Assembly: GCA_965202585.1 (NCBI GenBank)
Contig: OZ241828.1
Coordinates: 61,628,001-61,692,000, forward strand
Length of the DNA: 64,000 bases
DNA from: Thalia democratica
Taxonomy: Eukaryota
Direction: 5' to 3'
Position 1 is the first letter of the stretch; each line of letters starts with the position of its first letter. A program made the translations under genes and the position numbers. Shown piece by piece: positions 23,681 to 37,540 of the stretch. The notes beneath the pieces are model-generated. The model made no database searches and was not told the origin of the DNA. It was given only the letters and a program-made list of their open reading frames with translations.

Positions 23681-26600
23681 ATTATCAGCTGATTTCACAA
23701 AATAAGGAGATTTTCTTCTCAGTGACAAGATAAACGTTTGAGTCTTCTTCGAAATAATAATGAAAATTTGAGGATGTTCGATTATTTTTATAATTCCTTT
23801 TTTTAATGATTTTCAAAGTCAAGTTTACTGCCTGTTGAATAATTTTACTGCCTGATTTGATTCTTTAACTTTTTGTTTGAAAAACAATTTTGCATTAATC
23901 AAGAGTAAGATATCAATAACGAACAAATTAATGAACTCTGATCAGATATTGTATTTTCTCTTGTCTTGTAATCTGCTTAAATCTGTTATTAGTAGAAACA
24001 GGAAGCTTTTTGTTATTGGAAAGTCAAAACTATCATCGGAGTTGAATAAAAATCAACTTTGCAATTTTAGTTGATCCGCTAGTGTTAATTAAATGTTTTT
24101 TTTGTAGAATATTGTTTTGTGAGTTGTAACTAAATCCACTCAACTTAAAATTTGAACATTCTTTTGAAGTTATGTAAAAAAAACTTTAAGTTAATAGATT
24201 TAATCGATTTAACATTTAGAAATGTCTTCTTCTAAATTATCTATTTCCTCTTACAGATTCGGAATTATTTGTGCTGTCAAAAAAAATTGAGTCTTTTTAT
24301 CTAGTCTCATCAGAATATTTTTCTTCAGATCTTTTAAAACATGAAATATTTTTCTAATATGCAAAACATATCCTGTCAATTTAAATCTAGATAAAAATAG
24401 TTTCACCCAAACCTTTTAAGTTTGTCTAATACAAAACATTCTCCTTAAAATTTATTACAATTATTTTTTGACATGACGCTAATAGACATATAAATTTATG
24501 TCAACAGACTTTCAAGATAAATAATTTCTCTTATGATCTTTTTGAAGTTAGAGTCAAAGATAATTGTTTAGAGTCACTTTACTTCAGTTCAAAAAGGATT
24601 TCCTGTTCAAATCAAAAGTACTAGATTTTTTTGTTGATTATCGTTCGAGATTAAAAACTTTCCCAGACTTTTTTCAAACTTTGCGTAATGAAAGCTACCG
24701 AAAGACAATTATTTCGAAACTTTTAACTCTAAATTGAATGGATTTCCTGTCCGTTTGTGTTCTGGTTGATTTGCATTGCAGATAAGACAATTTTCTCCTA
24801 ACTTTAATTTGATGAAATTTCACCTTTGCTGTTGACAGATGTTTTGAAAAAAAAAGTTTTGAAAATTTTACGCTCAATTTGAATTAATTCAGGCAAATAA
24901 TTCCCAAAAAAAACGCAAAACATCTTCGATTTATTTTTCTGAACTTTATCTTTGCTTTAATACCAGTAAAGGTTGAGTTACAAGAAATGTTGATATCTTT
25001 CTTAAATTGTTCAACTTTCTTTTTAACGTAAAGTAGATAAATAATTTACACTTTTTTTTCTATTACTTGCCAACTACTAATAAAATTTTAGTTTCCTTAT
25101 AAATTTTAACTAAAAATGGTGATTTTTCGAGCCGAAATACACACTCATACGATTTCACAACATAACTAATCAAATTATTCTGCTTAAATTTGAACTCAGC
25201 TGCAAATAAATTCGGTGTGAAAATTTCTCATTACGAACAGCGGGATGTAAAATCTCACAACTCAGCTGTTCTTTATTGGCTTAATACTCCCTGATAAAAT
25301 AATAAACATTACATAAGAAATAGATTACATAAAATAATAAAGATTGTCAACTTTAAACTCGTGAATCGAAAACTAGATTAGGTTAGATAACGGCCATATT
25401 AATAATTATCATCTAGTAGTCATGGTTATGACTTTTTCCGTTGTAAATTTTCATCTTAAATGTAAAAAGCCAACTATGATGTTTTTATAATGGTTAACCT
25501 TAATTTGTTTGATTAGAAAAAAACTTTCAAACATCACGAAACAGATAGGAGATTAATCAAATTACTCAGAACTATCTAAACACTGAAAAGCGTGCCGTTT
25601 TCAATGGGTTGTCAAAATTTAATTAATTCGGTTGTTTGGTTCGTTTTTAAATAAAACATTACAGCACTTCTGCGTACATTACACCAATAAATTCAAAACA
25701 CTATTGCTGACAAATTTCAACACAAATCTCACAATTTCCACCCAACTCAACTAGCAGTATAAAGTGTGGTAGAGCTTAGCAAACTTAAAATAATAATTTT
25801 CTTGTCCAAACAAAATTTCGTGCCGTGCAGCCGACTTGTCAAGATATATTTTCAATTCCGTCCCTGACGCACGAAATCAACGTTTTTTCAGCTGGTTAGC
25901 ACGCGGTGGGTTTTAATAATTCAACAGTTTCAAGTGTGCCTCGCACCGTGGTCACTAGATTTAAAACAATTTAATATGTTTTTCAATGCGCTCCCAAGGT
26001 GGTCTCGTTGGTTTGAAAAGCTTTCAACTTGTGTGAAATTGAGTTTTATTTGCAATTTATATTAATTCTGCTTGCTTCTAGGTGGTCCAACAAAACTTAT
26101 AAACCTTCAACGGCTTGTAGCTTTTCTAAAGGCCGTTAACAGTTTACAAATATGAATTAGATCTATTTAAAAACTCAACCCCTGGTGGTCTGATCTTTAA
26201 TTTTTGTATAGAGCACTATACGCTCTAAAGCTTTTCAGTTGGGCATTTGAAAAGTTTAAATATTTTAATTGAGTTTATTCCTTATCAACAATCGAAATCT
26301 GTTTCCTTTTTACAGCGCACAGCTTGAAATTTTAAACTCAAGTTTTACACTCAGAATTCGGCCAAAACTCGTTAGCATTTGACCTTTTTGGTTTAAAAAC
26401 GATGAAAAATTTTGAAGGAGAAAATCCGCACGAGATTTATTGTGAATCAGGCAGACAAAAGACTTAAATTTTTTCATGTAATTTTTTTTTTGTGTTTTTT
26501 TCGTGTAATTCTTCTCTAAACTTTTGTCAGCCTGATTAACCCTCGAATCAAAACACGGTAATCCACTAAAAAAAGTTTCGAAAGGAGAAAATCGCCTCTC

Positions 26601-27884
26601 AAACGAAGGAAACTGTCATAATAGGTGACGTCACACAACGAGCTTTCAAAGATCATCCGGTTAACTTCCAACAACTTCCGCAAGTCAATTGTGACGTCAC
26701 GCAAGCAGAGATTTCCGCTATCTGCCGAACGATGTTTGCTTTGCCGTGGATTATCAACATAATGCGAAGTTTGAACTCGGAACTGGGAGTTTGAAATTAA
26801 CCGAACTCAGTTCTTTTGTGCTCGGGTTCAAACGTTGAAAGACTGTTTGCGACGTTTCGGTTTAAACAAAGTTTAGTGTTTGTTTTTGTATGTACTTTTA
26901 CTGAAACTTTTTCCTCTCTTAGCCATTGACTTGGTATTGTAGAAGTTATAATGGTGATTTCGAGCATTTTTCTAGCCATGATTTGTAGTTTTTTTCAAAT
27001 TGCATTTATAAAATGTGAAAAGTTCTAGCAAAGATAAAAAACTTGATTTATGCCAACTCATAAGGTTTTAAGTATTCAAACGGATTTTTTTTTTCGAAAA
27101 TACAAGATAAAACACTACAATTGAGTAAACAACTTCGAGTAAACTTCGAAGAACGTGCAAGTTTGTTTTTGGGAATAAAACTTCAAAGTTGATTCTGATA
27201 ATTGTTTGAATAAATAAACAAAAGTAACGTTTTATTTGTTGCTTGGCAGATTTATTTTTATTTTCATAGTTTAAACTTTCCTTTAAAATATAAAAAATTT
27301 AAAAATATCAAAACTAGTATACTAAACTCAGTTTAACTGGAAGGATATTTCATCTTATAAGAGATGAACTCGAAAATTTTAAAAGATGTAAATTTTTCTA
27401 GCGTTAACCCAATAAAATTTAAAGATTTGTTTCAGAGATAAAACTGCCTTTCACTTTAAATATATGCAGCTAAAAGAACCCATTTTACTATGGGTGTGGA
27501 CAAGATATCTTCAGATTTTTTATACGGTCTTGTGTACAAAATAGGGTTAATAAATTAACTTGTAAAAGATGGCTGTGAACAGAGACTTTATCAATGCAGA
27601 TAAAATCTACACCAAGTTTTATGCTATATTAAAAATTGTTTTTATAAAAAATTTAACAAATGCACAGGAAACATAGTTGGTAAGTTGTATCTTGAAACAA
27701 AAATCAGAGACATACTTTTATTTGCTTTAAAACATACAAATAAAAAACTTTTTCAATTTTATTTACTTTTTCTTTCTTAATTGTTATGTTAAAACTATGA
27801 TTTTTATCATGACTTTTACCTTTTGCTTTTAGTTTTTATTTAATATTAAACTCTCAATTTTTGTTTTATTTTTTAATAATGTAC

Positions 27885-28008
27885 CTGTGACGTCTAACTC
27901 GTAGGTGTGGCTGATGGTTTTCAGGTGGTTGCTGATCTGGCAGGTGTACTTTCCGACGTCTCCCAGAATCACCTGCTGCAGCGTCATCACCTGCTTGTCG
28001 TGACGAAA
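27885..28008 (-). CDS. FGFR: FGFR IgII second-half exon (FRHDKQVMTLQQVILGDVGKYTCQISNHLKTISHTYELDVT)
   Basis: D-x-G-x-Y-T-C and the FGFR HTY-x-LDV motif. 124 nt, phase 0-1, cag| acceptor, G|GTAC donor. Confidence 0.95.
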
Positions 28009-31000
28009 CTGTTTGGAGAAAGTTGTTTTTGAGAATATTCTAATTGATTTATGCAATTGAAGTTAGAATTGAAAATATTGGAATTTAAACTAATTAATCA
28101 AAGTTACGTATGTCAAGTTGAGATTCATCAGCCTAATAAACGAAGTATTTATTTTGCTTGTAATAGTTCAACTGTTTAGCTTATTTTAGTTTTACACATT
28201 TAAAATTTTTAGCAAAACCAGTTATAAAACTTTTGTTAAAACTTATGTAAACTAACTCTTCATTAGATCAAGCATAAAATTTTAATCAAAAAAATAGTTT
28301 TAAGCTTAGTCTTGCTCTTTAAAATGAAATATTTTTCTTCAAACCATGTACATCAAGGCACTTAAGTGCAAGTCAAATACTTATCTCCAAACAGAACTTA
28401 ATAATAAGAAAAATATTTAAACAAGTTTCAAAACTAGTTTCAACTTTCAAACTTTGTAAACCTTTTAACTGGTTGTTGAAACAAAAATTTCGTAACTTAA
28501 CTTATTTTTATACAAATAAAAGTTTAATTAGTCGCCTTAATCTTCAAGTTAGTTTACGTTCAAAGTGCTTAAAATTTTAATTACCCCTATTAAAAACTTC
28601 ACGAAAATATTAACTTACACTAACGACTAACTAGTACATAAACAACAAATTAATAAAAAATTTATCACTTATTAAAACCTGTTATCAGTACATCAAAAGC
28701 AAGTTCAAACCAATACTAAACCATTTTAAGTTTTTTAACAAGTTGTTTTTAAATTGCTTTTTACTGGCAGAATTAACTAAAACTTAAATACTTTTAGAAA
28801 AACAATTACTTTTAAAACAACAACTATTTTTTAACTTGATGATTAAACACCAACAAATCTAAATCATCAATAACTTGCGTAAATTTGTAAACTCAAAACC
28901 AAACACACATCGGCTTAGCAGTTGAACTTTTAATTTCAGACAAATATTCAATTACTTAAACAATTAGTAATGGAGTTGAATGTACTGCCGATTTGATTAA
29001 CAACGTTTCACGCAGTTTACGTTTGAAACAAATTCAAATTGAAACTTTACACCTGGGTAAACTGGATTAATTTGAATGATGAGCAAACTAACCCAGCACT
29101 TAAAACGTCAAAAGATTTTAATAAACACACCAATTGCAGCTAGTTAAATATAATGGATCGCCCAAACAAACATCTAAAAAGAAAAATCAAGAAACAAGAA
29201 GCTTATAAATTATTCTTTAAATGACAAAAAATTGTAAACAGCTAAGTAAATAGAACTGCACTACTTTTTTCAAATTACATTAGCTTTTAATCAAACGTGT
29301 CCTACATATCAATTTTTTCTGCTTAATTATAATAAACAAACAACTTTGTTCAATTAAAAACGTCAACGGAAGTTAAACAAAACACACCTGAACTAATAAG
29401 TTTTGAACAAACAAAAAAGGGAAATAAATTTGTTTAACAGGAAACAATCAACAAACATTTTATGATCTTAAAAAGCACAAAAAGGAAAAAAAATAAGAAG
29501 GCAGTTTAATGGTTAAACATTAAACTCAAAACAGTGTTTGCTTTATTTCAAAAACAAAATTGAAAATATTTGTTCTATCAAGCAAACATAAATCACCAGT
29601 TTATTAAATTACGAAACTTTCGCACAAGTCTTAAGGTTTAAACCCGAGAAAATAATTTAATTATTTCGAATTAACTCGCGCCTCAGCGAGGTTAATTAAA
29701 AACTCGGTTGGGCACCTGTGCGCGGAATTAAGTTTCAGCGAGTTGCCATGATAGCTAACGAGCTGGTTTTGGCGGGAAAACTTTCAACGAAATTCGCAAT
29801 AAACACCGCGTTAGCCCAACTTAACGTCGCAGCGCCTTGATGTCTGGGAGCGAAGTTAATGAGTTTGCAATAAATCTCAATGTTCGGCCCCAACTTGAAC
29901 ACTTTTGTAATTTGAACTGAGAGATTTCAACGTAGAGCTTATGGTACTTGAAGTATTGAAGCTATGTTCTTTTTCAAGTGTTTTATTTCGCACTAAACTT
30001 TTTCAACTGTGAGTTTTTGGACCTTGACTCATTTTTATATAAACTAGCCTACGAAAAATAGGCGTTAGAGGATGTAACAATTGACAAGTTTTTCATGCAC
30101 AAAAACATAATTTTCTAAATTATTTGAAATCGCATCTTGTAATTAGAACCGGAAAAACAAATCCATCAATTTAGACTTTAATTTGTTTCTAAAATCTCAC
30201 GAATACATAAAGCATGAGTTTCTCCTGCTTATTTCCGAAAAAAAATTAATAATTAATTGCAAACCCAATAAGCGTACAAGACACATTTTCTAATTTTCCC
30301 AGATGACCCGTGTAGTAAACTGCAATCACTAACAAAATTATAATGTCAGAAAATTTCCGCTCTTAATTTGAAACCTTACACCCTGAAACGTTCGCAGGAA
30401 GCCATAAAAAATTAATTTATACTTTTTAAACGTGGAGCAATATCCGTTTTAAGGTGAATTTGAAAAATAGTTGAAAAAACCTGAGTTGCAGATTTTGATG
30501 AGTGATAGCAAGAAAAATATTTGGATGGGTATCAAGAAAATTTGTGAAAATAAATAAATTACGTATAGATTCTTATAGATAAAAGTTTCAATTGCACTTA
30601 ACTAAAAAAAATAGAAATAGTTGCAAAACCACCAAATCTAACTTGTAACTCAACACTCGGTAACGTTTTCAGGAAATTGTACAAAAGTTAATTTATCCGC
30701 TAATTGTTCTGCCATTTCCGCTATTTGCTCGATTAAAAGCGAAATAAAAACTTTTAATCAAATTACTTCAACGGCCACAAATACTAAATTCTATATAAAA
30801 CTCAAAATTTCTGCATTAGTGCGCCATACTCAACTGTCATTCAACTTCAATATAAAGTGAAAAGACGTTTAACACAATTTAAAAATTATACTGGGCTAAA
30901 GTTTTAATTTAATGAATGTAACTTATACTTATGGGAACAGTTTCAAGCTAGGCACAACTTCGGGTTGTTTGAAATTACTGCCATTAATAAGTGCATAAAA

Positions 31001-34000
31001 CAAGCAAAAAGTATTTATTTTCAGTCAGAATCAAGACTGGCCCTAATCTTTATGCGAGGCGGAAGTCATAACAAATTGCATAATCCTCTTATTTGTATTA
31101 GTTCATGAAACTCAAGACAAATCTGTTACAGAATAAACATCTTTTACAATTATTCAGTTGCATTTTAAGTGGCTGAATCGAGCTTGTACCTTAACAAACA
31201 AGTAAAACAGAAACATGTTATCCTCTTTGGCAAATTTCATACACAAAAGTTATGCTATTCTGTTATTATACAAGCATTTTTAACATGTGTAAAATTTAAT
31301 TTTAGCAAAAACACATAATACTGACTGCGTTTTAAGCGGCAGGCTCTCAACCCTTGAAACGGAACTTTCAAATACAATTATGACGTCACATCCGATACAA
31401 CTTCCGGTTTCAATGTGAGGTGATGAACAAATAGTTTAGTTTCGTGCGAACAAATTTTCCTGGTGTTTCTGAGGCGGTAACGGTGTCGAAATATCGGTTT
31501 TTGTGTTTGATAGCTTGAATTAATTGTTTAAAATATATCAAAGTTCATCAAGGTGTTTGCTTCTATGTTGAAAAAAGTGTGTTCGTTTAAAAAGATTTGT
31601 TGTTTTAATAAGTAGACTTATTTCTGACAACTGCAATTGGGTATTATTGTTGTAATAATTCAATATTTTCTAATAAATCTTGAATAAATAAACAACTGTT
31701 TACAGTCTTGAACAAATATCTAACAGCTGCTTATATGATTTCAACTTAAATTAGTTGAATATTGTCCAACTTTTTAGTTCTAGTCAAAAACATTTTCAAC
31801 AAAAACAAACTCAAAATTCAACCATAAATTTTGTTTTCCAATAAAAAATTCAGTTCACAGCCAAGCAAACACTTTAAGCCCTCCATACAGAGATTAAATG
31901 AGATTCTCTTTTCATTACTGATAATTTCAAGTGCTTATAAAAATAAACTTTGAGCAAACAGACTAAAAACTTTTATCTTAAAATAACAAACTCGAGATTT
32001 TTATTTAGATTCGAAGCTAGATAGTTTTTTTGAGATTTTATCAAATAAGTTTTCGAAATGTTGTTTTGGAAAACAATACTTCTGGTAAATTTAAATTAGT
32101 TTAATTTTTTTTTTTTTCAGAAAATATAAGACATTAAAAATATATGTACTTTAAAATTTGTTCAAAACAAATACTTTTTCAAAAACAATGTGATAAATTT
32201 ATTATTCAAGTGTAAATTTATCCTTAGAACAGCAACCCTGTTATTGTTATGTGTGTGAGTAAGACTCGTTGGTTTTAGATTGTTATCAAATAAGCCAAAG
32301 AAAAATTGTTTTTAAACAGACTCGAAATACAAAACGCTTTTTAAGCCTTAAAGTTTGAAATTGAATGAGATTAAATGTATGAAAATTTTACTTAAGCTTA
32401 AAAGTAAAGTTTTTTTTCAAAATGATTCAAACTCACTAAAATTGAAATATTTCAAAGTTTTTTTATTAAATTTAAGTTTTTATAATTTAGTTGTTATAAT
32501 TATTTCTATTAAAATTTAAGTCAACGAAAGTTTTAAAAAATATAATATACCTTAGGTTTATTCAAAAGTATTGCAAATTTATAAAAGGACAAAAACTATT
32601 TGTTGATAAAATCCAAGAAAAAAACAGCCAAAACAAAGTGATTAAGTTTTTTCTTAATAAAAGCCCTAACAAGTAAAAATTAAAGCATAAGCAAAATACC
32701 TTAATTAATAAAAAGCAAGACAATGAAAGCTGAGAGAAGAGCATCATTTCTAATTAACTGCCCGTATAAATCATAATAAAAGCTCGAACTCTTTTTCATG
32801 GCAATATAAAGTTAAATTTTAACCAGTTCGTCTTAATTACATGTAGAAGGCTCACATCAGTCATTAGAAGCAAAACAACAGAAAAATTACTTGTGCCGAA
32901 AGTTGCTTTCAAAATATTTTGTTTTTACTCCCCTTTATGTTGGTTTTTTGTATATTTTTCAAGTTATAAACACCAGTTTGTTTTTCAGACGCATAATCTT
33001 TGTTTTTTGGCTTTTATAATTTTCTGATTTAATTTTGTAGTAACAAATTTACTTGTTGTGTGAAATAAATCTTAATAAGCTATTAAGTTGAAATGTATTT
33101 TAGGGTTTTAGATATACCAAAACAAATTTTCTACCATAAGCAATTAACAAACACCTATCAGTTTAGCATAAACAACCGAATAAATATTAAAGAATGAACA
33201 CAAAAACATTTTAATGCCAAACAACAAAGCTATCAAGACTTACCATGCCACACGACCAAACACAAACTTCTTAAAAACATTGCAACCTGGAACACATTAA
33301 TTGTTATTTTATTAAACCAATTAGACATTAGGCACGATTGCCAGGCACGAGTTACAAAACCCGGGTTTCACGTCGACCTTGAAAAGATGTCAAATGTTAG
33401 CAAGAAGGTGTTTTGTAAATATGAGAAAATATAACACAATTCTGTCAACTCAGAAAGATTAGTTTCATTATAAAGTGGAAGAAAAAATTCATTAATTTGA
33501 TTGAAAGACACAAAACAGTTATTGTTGTTGTTTGTGCTTATATAACTAAAAGTAAACAAACTTAGTAATGGTTTTGTCCAAGTACAAGTAAATTCTGCTG
33601 AATACTTAACAAAAATTATGATATATATGAAAGTGTAATTACAAGTAGTAGTATAAATATATGCTACAAAATACTTTGATTTAAATTTTATAAAACTTAA
33701 ATTCACCACAACAAAAAATATTCTTTAGTACTTTTAAACGCATATCTATTGTGTAATCACTTTAAGACTACATCTAAACATTTACTGTTTTTAGTACAAC
33801 TAGCTTAACTCTGAAACTAACTAAAATTCTACATTGGCACTTCAAATGTTCTTTATCATATCTCAAATAATCCAACTGTCCAGTACTGTTTATTAAACCT
33901 TTACAAAAATCTTGGAACTTGTCTTTTTTGCAGCACCATTGCCACTTACCCTATTTAAAAAAATATTTCTAAAACCAAAATCTAAAAATGTTTCGAGAAA

Positions 34001-35686
34001 ATTTGTCTAGAAAACGATCAGCTGTTCTTTAATCTTTTCAAACTAACATTTTCAATATTTTTATGATCTTACTAAAATTACTAAAGTTTTGTTAAAGTAA
34101 ACGCTTTTTTTTTTGTTGTTGCTAACAAAAAATCTGGTTTTAAAATTAATCTTAACAAGCTGTATAAAATTAAATGTTTAAAATTTATGTTTATATTGAA
34201 CACTACCAGTAGGATGCAGATAAAGTTTTATTTATAAATTGTAAAATAAATGTGTAAGACCGAAAATAATCAAAAACACAACCTCTGCATTTCCTATTGT
34301 CTTTGGAATAAACTTCATTCTCTGAAAATAAAAACTGTAGTAACTAACAAAAAAAATCTACCTTCAGTATAAAAAAAATTGAAAATAGATTAAATAAAAA
34401 CTATCTAAAACTATTTTTTTAAATCAAAAAATCTGAAACTAACTCCACGGTTGCAATTACAAGTTCCATTATTTTTACCAAAAAATTTCCATTCTACATC
34501 TCTACTGTTTTCATTTTTACAATAGAACTGACCCATTCCCTATTATATTTATTTCCAATTGTACACTATACTTAACAAATAGCTGACTAAATAAACAGAA
34601 TACTAAAACTTTGAAAAAAATATTTTCGTTTTTTTTTTTACTACTGTAACAAACTAAAACTTTAACTTAATATATAAAACAACAAAACTTCTGTATATCT
34701 TAAAAACTCAAAAACAAATATATTTAATAAAATCTTTAACAAAATAAACTTGTAATACCTCTCTGCACTCAAAGAAGTAAGCTGGAAGATCTCCTCTTTC
34801 CTAAAAAGTATTTACAATTTATAGAAAAATCTTCTTTATACAGTTTTTGATGAAATGATAAATGCATGAATTGTTTGTCAACTTCACCAATTTATTTTAA
34901 AACTTTATTTGTTACATGTATGATATCAATTAAGTTATAAATGCTTTGAAAAATATTCAAGAAAGCTATCAAAAAAAGCAGTCAAAAATCACAACCAAAT
35001 CACACTAAAATCAAATAATCTATTATAAGATTGTTAACACAATAGAATATGTAATTTTTTTTTTACTCATATTGAGTTTTTTGGGCTTCAACACTCAATA
35101 TATTATTAAAACAGCACCATATATTGTTAAATAATCAAACCAAACGGTAATTAAAATTCAAATATTTTCAATCACCAATCTTACATGTTACACTTACCTC
35201 GACTACTTTTCCACCTGGTCTCTACAATTCACAATAACAAGTTAACATGTCTAAAATATGATCAGGTATACAAGTCATTGTTAAACAAAGTCATACGGAC
35301 ATTGCAGTGTTATAACTTAACATACTCTTTTAATTGATTATAAAATATTCAAAATATATTAAGTTATTGGCAGTAGTGAAGAAAAACATTTTCTACAAAA
35401 CATAATGAAAGTTTATAGAGGAATTTTATAGTAACTAAATACTGCTTGAAGTTTTTTCAATCAGCTTGATAACTTCCTTTGTAAACCAATAGAGGATATT
35501 ACAAGTGATACCCTTTTTACTGTTTGAGGAGTTACACTTTGAAAAAAGCTTGCCCACCCTTCGAAACAATTAACAATGTTTATATAAATATCTATTTCTA
35601 CCAACCCTCGAAAAAAACCACAACCAAAACCACTATAAAAATATGAAATATTTTTCACAAACTAAACCCTTTACTAAAACACTCAC

Positions 35687-35710
35687 CTTATATCTTTTTC
35701 CTTCGGGTCT
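35687..35710 (-). CDS. FGFR: Candidate alternative IgII microexon, 24 nt (RPEGKRYK)
   Basis: ccag| acceptor and consensus AAG|GTGAGT donor. Phase 0-0, stop-free, sits at the phase-0 junction between the IgII halves. Confidence 0.55.
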
Positions 35711-36036
35711 CTGGTAATTACAAAACCTTACAATTATCTTAATTTTAGTAAATATTCTGTAAGCATTTTAAACAATTACCAGTTTTTATTTCATAAAATT
35801 AACTCTCTGTATAAACTATGAAGGGAGTGTTAACATACAAAAAAATTAAGTTAGAATTTAAAATATATCTCCCAATACCAACATTTTTTCTACCAAGAGC
35901 CAAAAACCCATGCTTAAGCTTTAAATGGGTTTTACAAATTATAAAAGTCCTATCAACCTTAAAGCAATCAATTTTTAATTCAACTTTTTAATAATTTGGT
36001 AATTATGAACATAGTGTTATTATAATTCCCACCAAC

Positions 36037-36215
36037 CTTGTAACTTCCCAATCTGGCCGCCCTTCTCTTAGGGTCGGTGGATATTTCCTTTCCGTCCTTG
36101 TACCACCTCACTGTTAAATTGGCACCTCCCGCGTGACATTTGAACTGAACCGTGTTGCCGGCTGGTTCGGCGTGTAATGTCTTTTCCATTCTCTCTGGTT
36201 TTGTCCAGTGGGGTT
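36037..36215 (-). CDS. FGFR: FGFR IgII first-half exon ([60 protein letters not shown])
   Basis: Matches the FGFR IgII signature (P-x-W-T...MEK-x-LHAxPAxxTV-x-F-x-C, W-x-KxG, RIGGYK-like RLGSYK). 179 nt, phase 1-0, AG| acceptor, |GTTGGT donor. Confidence 0.95.
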
Positions 36216-36693
36216 CTTTATAAAAAAAAATAATTAGTTGGTTGTCCCTACTTAGTTTATTGGGTCCTTCGTCAATGTATTATTTAAGAAATATTTTTGA
36301 TCTTAATTACAGTGAACGTAATAATAAATTAATTTCTTAAAGACAAGTTTTCCTATTGGATTTATGACAAAGGAGAAAACACAGTCTAGTCTATTTTATG
36401 GAATCAGATTTGTTATATATTAACTGAATTTTTTAACTTGGACTAAATTTATATCTAAATTAAGAATAGATTGAGTGTACAATGTGACTATAAAGTAAAA
36501 ATCAAAAAAAAAATTATGATTTTTCAGAGTTTACAATAAAAATAAATATTATAAAATTATTTATTATAAATTTAAACTCAAATAAATAAGGTATATGAAA
36601 AGAGAACATTATCAAAACCGTGTAGTCAGCTTAAATGAAGCAATATAATTTGAAGCAATTTACTCCCACAAAAATATATAAAATGTAACTCAC

Positions 36694-36714
36694 CATCAGT
36701 GTTGTTGAGAGCAA
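36694..36714 (-). CDS. FGFR: FGFR IgI-IgII linker microexon, 21 nt (I-ALNNTD-E)
   Basis: Long poly-T tract + gcag| acceptor and G|GTGAGT donor. Phase 1-1, frame-preserving, lies between the IgI and IgII exons. Confidence 0.75.
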
Positions 36715-36963
36715 CTGCAAAAAAAAAAAATATTTTATTACTCAAATAAAAATTTATGAAATATTAGTAAAACATTCAAATAAATAAAATCTCTTACTAA
36801 CTTGTTAAAAATAATTCTTTAAGTATTAGGTTTTTATACAATTTCAATTCATGTAAAATTGTTTATGCGCTATAAAATTAAATCATTTTCTAGTAAAACT
36901 TTGATTCAAAGAAAAATATTCAAGATCTCATATTATCAACTTTATTATTTTCAATTGACTCAC

Positions 36964-37275
36964 TTCTAGGCTTGACTTTCAGTTCCCAGTTCACGGTGAA
37001 GTTGCCCATCTCGTTGTAAACAAAACACGAGTAGTTGGCGTTGTCCTTGGGGCTGGCCTTGTTGATCATGATCATGGTCTTCCTCACGTCGACCCTCTCC
37101 CTCTTGCCCTTCCTGTCACTCTTCTTCATCTTCTTGCCATCCTTGTAGAAGCGGAACTTGGGCTTTGGGTTGCCCTTGCTGCCGCAGTTGAGTCGGACTA
37201 TGTCGTTGTACTTGGGCCGTAGGACTCTGTCGGCGTTCTTTATGTTCTGTTCCTTCAGTATTGGGGCGAAAGCAG
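36964..37275 (-). CDS. FGFR: FGFR IgI domain exon (AFAPILKEQ...RLNCGSKGNPKPKFRFYKDG...DNANYSCFVYNEMGNFTVNWELKVKPR)
   Basis: 312 nt, phase 1-1, cag| acceptor and |GTGAGT donor. I-set Ig motifs present: first Cys, F/W-YKDG, D-x-A-x-Y-x-C. Strong GC3 bias. Confidence 0.92.
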
Positions 37276-37540
37276 CTGTGAGTATTGAGAATTGTTTAAT
37301 TATTGACTTTAATTTAATGATAAAATTTCAATAAGAACACCATTTGGTACTGTGGACATTTATAATGCAAGAGTTTAAATTATTAACAAAAAATAAAAAT
37401 AATCTCAATTAAATTTAGTTTTGAAACAAATTAAATGATAATTTCAACTGCAATTGTTGACACTTGTGATGATAGAATAAGTAAAATATGTAATGATTAA
37501 ATAAAAAAAAAACATATAGATTTTACACAATTTCAGTATA

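Noticed and set aside
168-29100. Recurring ACCCAGCA (about 168, 3500, 13661, 29091) as transposon termini
   Set aside because: No matching inverted TGCTGGGT ends or target-site duplications were found.
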